Below are positions 10,151 to 20,250 of a DNA stretch of 64,000 nt, piece after piece. A program made the translations under genes and the position numbers. The stretch lies in contig CAMCYL010000001.1 of assembly GCA_945883905.1 (NCBI GenBank), positions 2,088 to 66,087 on the forward strand, given 5' to 3'. The first letter of the stretch is position 1; every line of letters starts with the position of its first letter. This DNA comes from Akkermansia muciniphila (GTDB taxonomy: Bacteria > Verrucomicrobiota > Verrucomicrobiia > Methylacidiphilales > CAMAQI01). Below the pieces are notes generated by a model, which did no database searches, had not been told where the DNA came from, and was given only the letters and a program-made list of their open reading frames with translations.

Positions 10151-10930
10151 TTAGTCTTTGAGCAATAATTCCTTAATCTTTTCGGGGATATTTTTAGCTC
10201 TCATTAAAGTTTCGCCAACCAAGATCGAGTTGATTCCTTGTTCTCGGAGAAACCGTACATCCTCTGCTGTTTTAATCCCACTTTCACTGACCGCCAGAAC
10301 ATCGCTCGGAATCTCCTGTGCGAGCTCCTCCGTGGTATGGAGATTCACCTCAAAGGTTTTGAGATTTCGATTATTAATTCCAATCATATCCGCTCCGAGA
10401 TCAAGAGCACGGTCCATTTCCTCAAGATTGTGAACCTCGACGAGAACATCGAGTTGGCAGGTTTTGGCGATATCGTAAAGACGGGTTAGTTGCTCCTCTT
10501 CGAGAGCCGCGACAATGAGAAGAATCGCATCCGCTCCCGCGAGAACACTTTCGTAGACTTGAAGTTCGTGAATCGTGAAATCTTTTCGAAGGAGGGGAAG
10601 ATCGACCTGATCTCGGATATCTCGAAGAAAGCGTAAGTGACCTTGAAAGTATTTTTCATCGGTGAGAATACTGAGGCAATGGGCCCCGGCTCGTTCGTAT
10701 TCACGGGCTTGACTAATGGGATTAAAATTTCCGGCGATGACACCAGCAGAGGGGGAGGCCTTTTTTACTTCGGCGATGAGCGTGATCTCGCCGCCGAGTT
10801 GAAGGATTTGACGGAAAGGACGGTAGTCGTTTCGCTTGAGGGCCCGCTTACGGAGATCGGCCGCAAAAGGTTCCAGTTTTTTGACCTCTTCCTGTTTTGT
10901 GGCAATGATTTCTAAGAGTTTATTGTTCAT
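10151..10930 (-). CDS. trpC: Indole-3-glycerol-phosphate synthase
   Basis: 259 aa with IAEVKKASPSAG, KDFTIHELQVYES and INNRNLKTFEV motifs. Confidence 0.9.
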   Translation of the reverse strand: MNNKLLEIIATKQEEVKKLEPFAADLRKRALKRNDYRPFRQILQLGGEITLIAEVKKASPSAGVIAGNFNPISQAREYERAGAHCLSILTDEKYFQGHLRFLRDIRDQVDLPLLRKDFTIHELQVYESVLAGADAILLIVAALEEEQLTRLYDIAKTCQLDVLVEVHNLEEMDRALDLGADMIGINNRNLKTFEVNLHTTEELAQEIPSDVLAVSESGIKTAEDVRFLREQGINSILVGETLMRAKNIPEKIKELLLKD

Positions 10931-11090
10931 AACGAATGATTTCCTCAGGGGATGAGAAAGAATTTGGAGGCGGGGGTTGAGTTGTCAAATGAGGATAGCT
11001 TCCTTGAGTAGGAAATCATAATTTTCAGAAAGAGAAAGCAGTTTTGTATTTTTAAATTCATAAATCGGCAGGGAGCGTCGTATTTAGGTT

Positions 11091-12204
11091 TTATTCATTA
11101 TCAGGATCGGCATCGGAGCGTTTTTTTCCACGGAGAAAGGCTTCGATGAAGGCATCGAGGTCGCCGTCCATGACCCCTTGAACGTCGGTGGTTTGTTCGC
11201 CTGTACGTAGATCTTTGACCATTTGGTACGGTTGGAAAACGTAGGAGCGAATTTGACGCCCCCAACCGATCTCCCCTTTTTCTCCGTAGAATTTCTCCAT
11301 TTCGGCACGCTTTTTATCCATCTCCATTTCGTAGAGACGCGATTTGAGGACCTTTAGCGCAGAGGCTTTATTTTTGATCTGAGAGCGTTCGTTTTGACAG
11401 GTGGCGACGAGCCCCGTCGGGATGTGTGTGACGCGAACGGCTGAATCGGTGGTATTGACCCCCTGTCCTCCGTGTCCACCAGCCCGATAGACATCGGTGC
11501 GGAGATCTTTTTCATCGATGACGATATCGATATCATCATCGACCTCAGCGATCACATCGAGGGAGGCGAAGGAGGTCTGACGTTTTCCTTGAGAATTGAA
11601 TGGAGAGATACGAACAAGTCGGTGGACACCTCGCTCCGCCTTGAGATGTCCATAAGCGTATTCTCCTTTAATAAAAAGAGCGGCCATTTTGATTCCGGCC
11701 TCTTCACCCGAGAGAATATCCATGAGTTCGACCGTAAATCCGCGTCGTTCACAGAACCGTTGATACATTCGTAAGAGCATATTTGCCCAATCGCAGGCCT
11801 CCGTTCCACCAGCACCGGAGTGAAGCGTGATGATAGCATTATTATGATCGAACTTTCCGGAGAGGAGGACTCGAAGTTCAAAGGCATTGAGATCTTTCTC
11901 AAAACGATCGTATTCCTGAGAGAATTCCTGAGCGGCTGCTTCCGACCCATCCTCTTTTGTGAGTTCTTCGAGAACGTGGAGATCAGCGATTCGTGTCTCA
12001 AATTCTCCGAAGGGAAGAATTTTTGACTTTAATATCTTAACTTCGAGGATTAGCTTTTGCGCTTTTTGGTTATCATTCCAGAAGTCCTGATTGGACATTC
12101 TTCCTTCAAAATCGATGAGTTCTTTACGGAGTGTATCCAAGTCAAAGAAACCTCTTGAGTTGAGCTAAACGGCTTTCCATGACAGAGAGATCGATATTGA
12201 TCAT
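11091..12204 (-). CDS. prfB: Peptide chain release factor 2, requires a +1 frameshift
   Basis: The main ORF (11091-12140) is RF2 (SPFNSQGKRQTSF, GGHGGQGVNTTDSAVR with GGQ). A short frame-0 ORF, MINIDLSVMESRLAQLKRFL-TGA (12204-12142), joins it through CTT TGA C. Confidence 0.95.
12141..12156 (-). other. Programmed +1 ribosomal frameshift site of prfB
   Basis: The minus strand reads AAGAGGTTTCTTTGAC. This is an SD-like AGAGG, a 3-nt spacer, and then the canonical CTT-TGA-C slippery/stop context. Confidence 0.9.
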
Positions 12205-12302
12205 AGGATTCATGAGATTTTGACTAGCGCAGATATTTCTGAGGACAATGTTTTTTCCGCTTTACAAAAATCGTACGCCGAGCAGCATCACCCTCCTTTC
12301 AT

Positions 12303-13217
12303 TTGAAAACTATGTTGAACTCGAAGCTAGAAAAACCGTTGAAACTTGGACTTCCTAAAGGAAGTCTTGAGGAATCGACTTTTGCATTGTTTGGAAAGGC
12401 CGGTTTTAACTTTAATCGCTCGAACAGTCGTAGTTATAAACCGTATGTGGATGATGTGGATCTAGATCCTCGATTAATTCGTCCGCAAGAGATTTGTCGT
12501 TATATTACGCAAGGTTTTTTAGATTGTGGGATTACAGGGAAAGATTGGATTGCTGAAAATCTTTCTGAATCTCAAGGAGCGGTTCATGTCATTTGCGATT
12601 TAAACTATAGTAAAGCGACCTCAATGCCTGCGCGTTGGGTTTTAGCGGTTCCGGAGGATTCCCCGATTAAGACCGTACAAGATCTTGAAGGAAAAAGAAT
12701 TGCGACAGAGCCCGTTCAACTCGTCAGAGCTTATTTAAAGAAGCATGGAGTGAATGCGGAAGTCGAGTTTTCATGGGGTGCGACAGAGGTCAAAGTCCCT
12801 GAGTTAGTGGATGCGATTGTGGATATCACCGAGACCGGTTCCTCAATCCGAGCGAATAAGCTTCGGATTGTTGATACGATCATGGAAAGTTATCCGCAAT
12901 TTATTGCAAATCTAAAGGTGTGGGAGAGTCCGGCGGCAAGACGCAAATTGGAATCGATCGCACTTTTATTGCAAGCGGCATTGAATGCGCGAAACAAGGT
13001 CGGTATGAAGATGAATCTTCCGAAAGTAAAATTGGAAGAGATTCTCAAACTAGTCCCTGCCTTGCGCAATCCAACGGTCTCTCCGTTGACACAAGAGGGA
13101 TGGATCGCGATCGAGACGATCGTCGACGAATCGGTAGTGCGGGAGATGATTCCGGCCCTCAAAGAGCAAGGGGCAGAAGGAATTATCGAATATCCGCTAA
13201 ATAAAGTTGTCTATTAA
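12303..13217 (+). CDS. hisG: ATP phosphoribosyltransferase, long form
   Basis: [13 protein letters not shown]..., [24 protein letters not shown], plus a C-terminal regulatory domain. The listed start is TTG 12303; the first ATG is 12312. Confidence 0.85.
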   Translation: MKTMLNSKLEKPLKLGLPKGSLEESTFALFGKAGFNFNRSNSRSYKPYVDDVDLDPRLIRPQEICRYITQGFLDCGITGKDWIAENLSESQGAVHVICDLNYSKATSMPARWVLAVPEDSPIKTVQDLEGKRIATEPVQLVRAYLKKHGVNAEVEFSWGATEVKVPELVDAIVDITETGSSIRANKLRIVDTIMESYPQFIANLKVWESPAARRKLESIALLLQAALNARNKVGMKMNLPKVKLEEILKLVPALRNPTVSPLTQEGWIAIETIVDESVVREMIPALKEQGAEGIIEYPLNKVVY

Positions 13218-13250
13218 AATAATTTGGTTTAGAAATCGAAGGACAGAATT

Positions 13251-13355
13251 ATGGGATCACTCAAGAAGCGCAGAAAAGAAAAGATTAACAAGCACAAACG
13301 ACGTAAACGTCGTCGTGAGAACCGTCATAAGAAGCGGTTGCGTTACAAGGCTTAA
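13251..13355 (+). CDS. Small basic protein, bS22-like (AURKAIP1/COX24-type)
   Basis: 34 codons, not in the ORF track: MGSLKKRRKEKINKHKRRKRRRENRHKKRLRYKA. A GAAGGA lies 5 nt upstream of the ATG. It resembles actinobacterial bS22 (MGSVIKKRRKRM..KKKHRKLL...). Confidence 0.6.
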   Translation: MGSLKKRRKEKINKHKRRKRRRENRHKKRLRYKA

Positions 13356-13372
13356 TCGTCTAATATTCATTC

Positions 13373-15520
13373 ATGAATTGGAACACTCGGAACATTTTAT
13401 TCCGGGTCACCTTATCCTCATGTCTTTTACTGGCTCGGGTGGAGGCTTCGGCCTCCTCCGAGTCGGTTTTAAGTCTTCCCTATGCGGAACGGTCTCAGAG
13501 TTATTCCCCTCCGGTTACGATGGAGTTGGGGGACCGCTCCGAGCAGTTGGCTCAGGCACAAGCGCTTTACGCAGAGGCCGTGAGATTAGAAAGTACGAGC
13601 GGTTTTTTAGAGGCCCAATCTCTTTACGAGAGAGTATTACTTCTCGATCCTAGTTTTTCGATGCTTCAATGGCGGATGGCGTTTAGCTACATTCAGAAGG
13701 AGCAACCTGAACAGGCACTCTCCGTTGTTTTAAGGGGGTTAGAGGCGAACCCTCAATCTTCAACGCTCAAGGCCCTTTCTGCGTGGATTTATACGTTGCT
13801 TAAGCAACATCGAGAGGCGATTCGAGTTGCACATCAAGTTTTGAGTCAGAATTTTGAAGAAATTTATGCCTACCGGGCTCTTTATGAATCTCAAAAAACG
13901 CTGGGGCTTGATAAAGAGGCGAAAGAAACCGTGACGAATTCCCTACGGATTCCCTCGAATAAAGTTAAATTTTGGACTGATATTGCTCGTGTTTATACCG
14001 AGTTAATGATGAAAGACCCTCAGCTTAAAAAAGAGGATCTTGTGAAGCCGATCTCTCAATTTTATGAGAAGGCAATCACGCTTGAACCGGAGAATATCGA
14101 GGTCTTTAAGCAATTCGGCGATTTTCTTCAAAGTATGGGGGCTCACGATCGAGCTTTAATGATCTATCAGAAAGGACTTGCGTACCAAACCGATGATATC
14201 GATCTCTTGTTACGAGTGGGTCGAATGGAGCATCGGAACGGAAAAACAAAAGAGGCTTACCGACGGTTTGAATTGGCCTATGAGCAACGACCGGATTTTC
14301 CGATGCTTCGTGAGCTTATGGCAACGGTAGCGCTACAAGCGGGAGATTTTGAAAGGGCAATGACCTTGAATGAGGAGTTGGTCTTTCGTAATCCCAAGGC
14401 GGAATCAGCTCATCGGAATCTCTTAGAGCTCTATACGCAACAAAAGCAAAAGGAGCGGGCGATCTCCTTTTACGAGCGTTTGTTGGAGGTCGGTATTCAC
14501 AATGATTTAATTTTCGATACCTTAGATGATTTCTATCAAAAGGAGGGGCTTTGGGATCGGGGAATCGTCTATTTTGAGAAATGGGTAGAAACGCATCCTC
14601 AGGAGATTCGACCCTTTGCAATTTTAACAAATTACTATGAAAAAACGAAAGTTTTAGATCAAAAAATCGGCTTTTTCCAAGGGCTTATTGAGCGGCATCC
14701 GAAAGAGTTAAACTTATATTCTATTTTAACGCTTCTTTATGAGCGAATGAATCGATCGAAAGAGGCGGAGAAAATTTATGAAAAACTGTTGGTCGATTAT
14801 CCGAATGATTTAAATATTCTTGAGAACTATCTTCTTTTTTATATTCGGGGGAAAAAATTTGGAGAGGCCGAGCTATTAATGAATCGTTTCGAGAAACAGA
14901 TAGCCTCCTCGCTTCATCTACGAATGATCCAGGGGATTGTTTTAAGGCAGTTAAAAAAATACGAAGCGGCGATGCTTGTTTTTGAAAAAATTGAAGTGAA
15001 CTATGAGTCTGAAAAAAAGAGTCCCTTAAATGCCGAATTTTATTTAGAGTTTGGATTAACTCAAGATATGGCAGGTCGGGATGATTTGGCAGAAAAGAGT
15101 TTTTTGAAAGGACTGGATCGAGCCCCTCAAGAGTGTCGACTTCAGAATGCACTCGCTTATTTGTGGGCGGAAAAGGAAGTACGCCTCGATGAGGCTTATA
15201 TTTTGAGTAAAAAGTCGTTGGAAAATCGACCGAAAGAGGGCTCTTATATTGATACCCTTGCGTGGATTTATTATAAGATGGGAAAGCTTTCTGAGGCTCA
15301 AGCCCTTTTAGAAGAGGCACGTTTACTGACGAATGAGGACTCAGAAGTATTAGGACATTTAGCGGAGGTTTATGAAAAACTGGGGCGAAAAGAGGATTCT
15401 TTAGCTCTTTGGCGTTCTGTTTTTGAGAAAAACGCTGAATTTCCGAAGATCAAAGAAAAGCTATTATCATTAGAAGAAGAGTTGAAACAATCAAAAGCTC
15501 ATGTAAAAAGCTCTCCATGA
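13373..15520 (+). CDS. Secreted TPR-repeat protein
   Basis: 715 aa with an N-terminal signal-like segment (LSSCLLLARVEASA), followed by repeated 34-aa A/Y/L-patterned TPR units throughout. Confidence 0.75.
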   Translation: MNWNTRNILFRVTLSSCLLLARVEASASSESVLSLPYAERSQSYSPPVTMELGDRSEQLAQAQALYAEAVRLESTSGFLEAQSLYERVLLLDPSFSMLQWRMAFSYIQKEQPEQALSVVLRGLEANPQSSTLKALSAWIYTLLKQHREAIRVAHQVLSQNFEEIYAYRALYESQKTLGLDKEAKETVTNSLRIPSNKVKFWTDIARVYTELMMKDPQLKKEDLVKPISQFYEKAITLEPENIEVFKQFGDFLQSMGAHDRALMIYQKGLAYQTDDIDLLLRVGRMEHRNGKTKEAYRRFELAYEQRPDFPMLRELMATVALQAGDFERAMTLNEELVFRNPKAESAHRNLLELYTQQKQKERAISFYERLLEVGIHNDLIFDTLDDFYQKEGLWDRGIVYFEKWVETHPQEIRPFAILTNYYEKTKVLDQKIGFFQGLIERHPKELNLYSILTLLYERMNRSKEAEKIYEKLLVDYPNDLNILENYLLFYIRGKKFGEAELLMNRFEKQIASSLHLRMIQGIVLRQLKKYEAAMLVFEKIEVNYESEKKSPLNAEFYLEFGLTQDMAGRDDLAEKSFLKGLDRAPQECRLQNALAYLWAEKEVRLDEAYILSKKSLENRPKEGSYIDTLAWIYYKMGKLSEAQALLEEARLLTNEDSEVLGHLAEVYEKLGRKEDSLALWRSVFEKNAEFPKIKEKLLSLEEELKQSKAHVKSSP

Positions 15521-16419
15521 TTGGTGAAACTAGAAAAATTTTATTATGGATTTTGTCGAGTTTAATTTTATTTGCTCCGATGGGATTCGCTCAAAAAAAG
15601 GCATTAACACGGACTCAAGTAGAGTCGATTGTAAAGGCGAAATCAGTTTATCTCGTGGATACTCTCACGGGACAGGTTATTTTTGAACGAAATAAAAACA
15701 AACCCTATCCTCCTGCCAGTACTGTAAAATTAATGACCGCCCTTTTAGCGTATGAACTGAAGGGGGGGATTGATGGAAAAATGTTAATTGATTCAACGGA
15801 TACACGAGTGGAGCCGAGTCACGTTCCGTTGATTCCCGGAGAGACCGTTGCGATTCGCGATCTTTTTCGGGCATTGTTAGTCGGATCCGACAACGATACG
15901 GCTTTGGCGATTGCACGCTTTGCGGGGGGATCTTATCAACGATTCGTTTTATTGATGAATGATCGTGCGTTACGTTTGGGCTGTGAAAGAACTCGATTTG
16001 TAAATCCGAATGGATTACCGGCCTCGGGACAGTTTACGACGGCGGTCGATTTAATGAAAATATTTGAGGCGACGATGAAAGTCTCTGATCTAAGACGAAT
16101 CTGCCAACTTCCCTCTTTTGTTTTAGAGACGAAGGCCGGACGTCAGATCGTGAAAAATCATAATAAACTATTGGGGGTCTATCCAGGGATGGGGCCGGCG
16201 AAAACCGGTTGGACTTATGCGTCGAGACATACTTATGCGGCGGCGGCGACTCGCGAGGGAAGGGAACTTCATTTGATTATTTTAAATAGTCCAAACAAAT
16301 GGATCGATGCACAGACCCTATTTGATTTTGGATTTGCGAATCTTCCTGTAAATGAGTCCGATAAAGTTTCTCGGATTCCCTCAGTGGTTTCCTCCCCAAC
16401 AGCCTCTGGAAGGATGTAA
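15517..16419 (+). CDS. D-alanyl-D-alanine carboxypeptidase (peptidase S11, low-MW PBP)
   Basis: Signal peptide plus the SxxK (ASTVK), SxN (SDND) and KTG (KTGWT) motifs. ATGA overlap with the TPR gene. Confidence 0.8.
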   Translation: MIGETRKILLWILSSLILFAPMGFAQKKALTRTQVESIVKAKSVYLVDTLTGQVIFERNKNKPYPPASTVKLMTALLAYELKGGIDGKMLIDSTDTRVEPSHVPLIPGETVAIRDLFRALLVGSDNDTALAIARFAGGSYQRFVLLMNDRALRLGCERTRFVNPNGLPASGQFTTAVDLMKIFEATMKVSDLRRICQLPSFVLETKAGRQIVKNHNKLLGVYPGMGPAKTGWTYASRHTYAAAATREGRELHLIILNSPNKWIDAQTLFDFGFANLPVNESDKVSRIPSVVSSPTASGRM

Positions 16420-16421
16420 TT

Positions 16422-17102
16422 ATGAGTGGTAAATTATACGTTGTCGCAACTCCGATTGGAAATTTAGAGGACATTACTTTACGGGCTTTGCGTATTTTGA
16501 AAGAAGTGGATATTATTGCCGCTGAAGACACTCGTCATTCACTGCATCTGTTACAACATTTTGAGATCCATAAAAAGCTCGTGAGTTATCACGAGTTTAA
16601 CGAAGCGAAGCGAACAGCTGAATTTCAGCAAGATTTTGCAGTTGGCAGAACGATTGCACTCATTAGTGATGCGGGTATGCCTGGAATTTCAGATCCGGGA
16701 GAGCGACTTATCCGCTCTTGTGTTACGCAAGGAATTCCAGTGGAGGTGATCCCTGGCGCTTCGGCGGTTTTGCAGGCTTTAGTGGGGGCAGGATTTCCGA
16801 TGGTTCCGTTTCATTTTGGCGGCTTTTTACCGGTGAAAAGTGTTGGACGGAGAAAAGAACTCCTTCGTGCTGCAGAACGGGATTGTACCTCGATTTACTT
16901 TGAATCTCCCCATCGTTTAGTCAGATCCCTTGAGGATGCCGTTGCGGAGATTTCTGATTGTTCTGTTTGTGTTGCACGTGAGTTGACAAAGAAATTTGAG
17001 GAGGTCAAACGGGGATTACCTCAAGAGCTTTTGGAGTACTATCGTTCGCAGGCGGTTCGAGGAGAGATTTGCCTGGTGATTAAATCGCGTAATGCCAAGT
17101 AA
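16422..17102 (+). CDS. rsmI: 16S rRNA (cytidine1402-2'-O)-methyltransferase
   Basis: MSGKLYVVATPIGNLEDITLRALRILKEVDIIAAEDTR is the classic RsmI tetrapyrrole-methylase-fold N-terminus. Confidence 0.85.
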   Translation: MSGKLYVVATPIGNLEDITLRALRILKEVDIIAAEDTRHSLHLLQHFEIHKKLVSYHEFNEAKRTAEFQQDFAVGRTIALISDAGMPGISDPGERLIRSCVTQGIPVEVIPGASAVLQALVGAGFPMVPFHFGGFLPVKSVGRRKELLRAAERDCTSIYFESPHRLVRSLEDAVAEISDCSVCVARELTKKFEEVKRGLPQELLEYYRSQAVRGEICLVIKSRNAK

Positions 17103-17119
17103 TTGAATCGAGGAGTTTT

Positions 17120-18067
17120 ATGTCCTGTACCTATGAAGTGATCGAGAAAGAGGGAAAAGTCATCGATGTCATGACGGATGATACGGCGGGAATGAGGATG
17201 ATGGTGTTGCGTAAGGGGGCGGAACTTTTGAGTTTATCCAAACGAAATTCGAGAGGGGAATGGATCGGTTTTTTACATCGGGATGGGGAGGTTTCAACGC
17301 CAGAGGTTGGTTGGGGAAATCATTCCACGGTGATGGGTTATTATGTGCATCGCATCAAAGAGGAGCGGTCGAGTTACTGTGGACAAGAGATTCGCGGTGG
17401 AACCCATGGGTTTATTCGACATAAAACATTTAGTGCGCCGAAAGCTTCGGAAGAGACAGGAGTTTTAAAGTATTCGATTCCTTATCAGGAAATTGATCCG
17501 AAAGATTATCCTTTTAAACTTTCCATGGATCTTACTTATCGTCTCCATGGAGATAAACTATTTGTGCAGTTCTATTTTTCAAATAACGAGATGCAACGGG
17601 CGGCGCACGTGAGTTTTGGGCTGCATCCAGGATTTGGAGTGAGTTCAATTGAGGGGGCTAAAATCTTATTTCCTGGCGGTTCATTTGTTCGTTATGCCTC
17701 TCCTGGAAATTTTCTTTCGGGGGACAAACAGTTTTTGGAGATTCCGAAGGGAGAATTTCCTTTTTCGAAAGCGGAGCTTCCGAACACTTTTATTCTAGAA
17801 TTTAAAAAAGTGACCACCCCAGTGGTTGTTCTTGAGGATGCCGTAGCGAACAAGCGAGTGGAGGTCGATTTGCAAGGGGTTCCCTATTTTTCACTTTGGA
17901 GTGATGGAAATGAGGTCAATCCATTTATTTGTATTGAACCGCATTGGGGATTGCCGGATCACCATCTACAAAGGCCTTTTGAAAATAAAGAGGGAATTCA
18001 AGTCGTCGGTCCTCGGGGAAATATGAATAAAATATTTTCAATTACCCCTTCATTTTTGAAAGATTAA
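17120..18067 (+). CDS. Aldose-1-epimerase-family (mutarotase-like) protein
   Basis: 315 aa with THGFIRHKTF, FGLHPGF and CIEPHWG motifs matching the mutarotase superfamily active-site pattern. Confidence 0.6.
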   Translation: MSCTYEVIEKEGKVIDVMTDDTAGMRMMVLRKGAELLSLSKRNSRGEWIGFLHRDGEVSTPEVGWGNHSTVMGYYVHRIKEERSSYCGQEIRGGTHGFIRHKTFSAPKASEETGVLKYSIPYQEIDPKDYPFKLSMDLTYRLHGDKLFVQFYFSNNEMQRAAHVSFGLHPGFGVSSIEGAKILFPGGSFVRYASPGNFLSGDKQFLEIPKGEFPFSKAELPNTFILEFKKVTTPVVVLEDAVANKRVEVDLQGVPYFSLWSDGNEVNPFICIEPHWGLPDHHLQRPFENKEGIQVVGPRGNMNKIFSITPSFLKD

Positions 18068-18125
18068 GAATTAATTGATAAAATCGCTCGCCAAAGGAGC
18101 GATTTTTGACAAAAAAGACCCCCTT

Positions 18126-19661
18126 ATGAGTAAGATTGTCATTCTCGATTTCGGTTCACAGTTTACGCAGGTCATTGCCCGACGGATTCGGGAGTTGAAT
18201 GTCTTTTCCGAGATTGTTCATCATCATACCTCTTTAGAGAAAATTAAGGCGATGAAACCGAGTGGGATTATTCTCTCGGGGGGACCTGCAAGTGTTTACT
18301 CAGAAAAGGCCCCTCATCCGGATTTAGGGGTTTTTGAGCTTGGAGTGCCTGTTTTAGGGATCTGTTACGGGATGCAACTCATGGGATTTCATTTAAAGGG
18401 GGGGGTTCAAAAGTGCGATCGTCGTGAGTATGGACGGGGAACCTTGAAGGTTAAAAAAACAAACCCGTTGTTTACAGGACTTCCTCGTACCCTTGAGATA
18501 TGGAATAGTCATGGAGATCGACTCACTCGTTTGCCTAAAGGCTTTGAGGTGATTGCAGTGAGTGAAAACGCCCCTTATGCGGCGATTCAAGATTCGAAAC
18601 GGCAGTTTTTTGGATTACAGTTTCATCCTGAAGTTTCCCATACTCCTCGCGGAAAAGAGATTTTAAAGAATTTTGTGATTGGAGTTTGTAAGGCCAAGCC
18701 AGATTGGACAATGAAATCTTTCATTGATAAAACCTGCGCGGAGATTAAGCAAACGGTAGGGAAGGATCGTGTTATTTTGGGACTCAGTGGAGGCGTTGAT
18801 TCGAGCGTTGCAGCGGCTCTTTTGCATCGTGCGATTGGGAAGCAGTTGACCTGTATTTTTGTTGATAATGGATTGCTTCGTTTAGGAGAACGGGATGCCG
18901 TTCAAGGGTACTTTCAACGCGGTTTAGGCATTAAGTTAGTGACCGAACAGTCGGGGCCCCGTTTTCTTAAAAAGCTCAAAGGAGTCACCGATCCAGAGAA
19001 AAAAAGAAAGATCATTGGTGGAGAATTTATTCGGGTTTTTGAAGAGGCGATGAAGAAAGTGGGGCAAGCGAAGTATCTTGCTCAAGGGACCCTTTACCCG
19101 GATGTGATTGAGAGCGTGGCGATTGGGAACAATCCTGCCTCGGTGATTAAAAGTCATCATAATGTGGGAGGACTCCCCAAGAACATGAAGTTTAAATTGG
19201 TGGAGCCGCTTCGTCAGCTTTTTAAAGATGAAGTTCGCAAAGTGGGGGAGCAACTAGGATTGCCTGAGGAGATCGTTTGGAGGCAACCGTTCCCTGGACC
19301 GGGATTAGCCGTGCGTTGTCTTGGGGCTATTGAACCGGAGAAACTTGAAATTTTACGTAAAGCCGATGCCATTGTCATTGAGGAAATTAAGAAGGCGGGA
19401 TGGTATTATAAAGTTTGGCAATCCTTTGCGGTATTACTTCCAGTGAAGAGTGTGGGAGTGATGGGAGATGAAAGAACTTACGACTACACCATTGCACTTC
19501 GTTGCGTTGAAAGCCAAGATGGAATGACGGCGGATTGGGTTCGACTTCCTCAAGAATTACTCGGCAAGATCTCCTCTCGAATTATCAATGAGGTCCGCGG
19601 AGCGAATCGAGTGGTTTATGATATTAGCTCGAAGCCTCCTGCCACGATTGAGTGGGAATGA
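18126..19661 (+). CDS. guaA: GMP synthase (glutamine-hydrolysing)
   Basis: GATase ([14 protein letters not shown]) plus ATP-PPase (LSGGVDSSV) domains, and a C-terminal ...[10 protein letters not shown]. Start placed at ATG 18126 ([13 protein letters not shown]). Confidence 0.95.
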   Translation: MSKIVILDFGSQFTQVIARRIRELNVFSEIVHHHTSLEKIKAMKPSGIILSGGPASVYSEKAPHPDLGVFELGVPVLGICYGMQLMGFHLKGGVQKCDRREYGRGTLKVKKTNPLFTGLPRTLEIWNSHGDRLTRLPKGFEVIAVSENAPYAAIQDSKRQFFGLQFHPEVSHTPRGKEILKNFVIGVCKAKPDWTMKSFIDKTCAEIKQTVGKDRVILGLSGGVDSSVAAALLHRAIGKQLTCIFVDNGLLRLGERDAVQGYFQRGLGIKLVTEQSGPRFLKKLKGVTDPEKKRKIIGGEFIRVFEEAMKKVGQAKYLAQGTLYPDVIESVAIGNNPASVIKSHHNVGGLPKNMKFKLVEPLRQLFKDEVRKVGEQLGLPEEIVWRQPFPGPGLAVRCLGAIEPEKLEILRKADAIVIEEIKKAGWYYKVWQSFAVLLPVKSVGVMGDERTYDYTIALRCVESQDGMTADWVRLPQELLGKISSRIINEVRGANRVVYDISSKPPATIEWE

Positions 19662-19706
19662 TTCGTTTGCGTTGAAGCGTTATCAAATTTGTCTCGATTT
19701 TTATCG

Positions 19707-19731
19707 GGAATAAATCATCGTTCTGCTGTCT
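19707..19731 (+). promoter_or_regulatory. Candidate ECF-type promoter upstream of the sigma gene
   Basis: GGAATAAA-N-TGTCTC (GGAAT 19707-19711, 16-nt spacer, GTCT 19728-19731). It is nearly identical to the motif at 21007-21030. The -10 element ends 3 nt before the ATG, which implies a leaderless or very short leader. Confidence 0.4.
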
Positions 19732-19734
19732 CAC

Positions 19735-20250
19735 ATGAATAATCAACATCCAGTGGAGTTTGAAAGCGTGGTCGAGACTTATTATTCATCCCTTTTTCGT
19801 TTCGGAATCAGTCTTTCAGGTCGAGAGTCTGACGCCTCTGATTTGACTCAGCAAACCTTTTTGATCTGGGCTCAAAAAGGAGATCAACTTCGGGATTTCT
19901 CAAAGGTAAAAACGTGGCTTTTTACTACTCTCTATCGGGAGTTTTTAAGATCGAGACGACGTGAGAAGAGTCATCCGAGTCAAAGTTTGGAGGAGATGGA
20001 GATTGAGTTGCCTGAGGTGACCGCTTCATCCTTTGAAGAGATGGATGGGGTGAAGGTTGTGGAGATTTTGAACGGTTTAGATCTGGTTTATCGTGAGCCT
20101 TTGACTCTTTTTTATTTAGAGGAGCTCTCTTATAAAGAGATTGCTGAGATTTTGGAAATCCCGATAGGAACCGTGATGTCTCGACTCGCACGGGGAAAGG
20201 GTTTGATGAGAAAGCGGTTGGAGAAAGATTTTAAGGGGGGAGAAGAATGA
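19735..20250 (+). CDS. ECF (group IV) RNA polymerase sigma factor
   Basis: 171 aa. Region 2 (DLTQQTFLIWAQK...WLFTTLYREF) and region 4 (LSYKEIAEILEIPIGTVMSRLARGK) are both present. Confidence 0.85.
   Translation: MNNQHPVEFESVVETYYSSLFRFGISLSGRESDASDLTQQTFLIWAQKGDQLRDFSKVKTWLFTTLYREFLRSRRREKSHPSQSLEEMEIELPEVTASSFEEMDGVKVVEILNGLDLVYREPLTLFYLEELSYKEIAEILEIPIGTVMSRLARGKGLMRKRLEKDFKGGEE

Noticed and set aside
13207-13653. 148-aa plus-strand ORF spanning the hisG-TPR gap
   Set aside because: It overlaps, in different frames, both the bS22-like mini-ORF and the signal-peptide start of the TPR protein. Its composition is Arg/Ser-rich nonsense.
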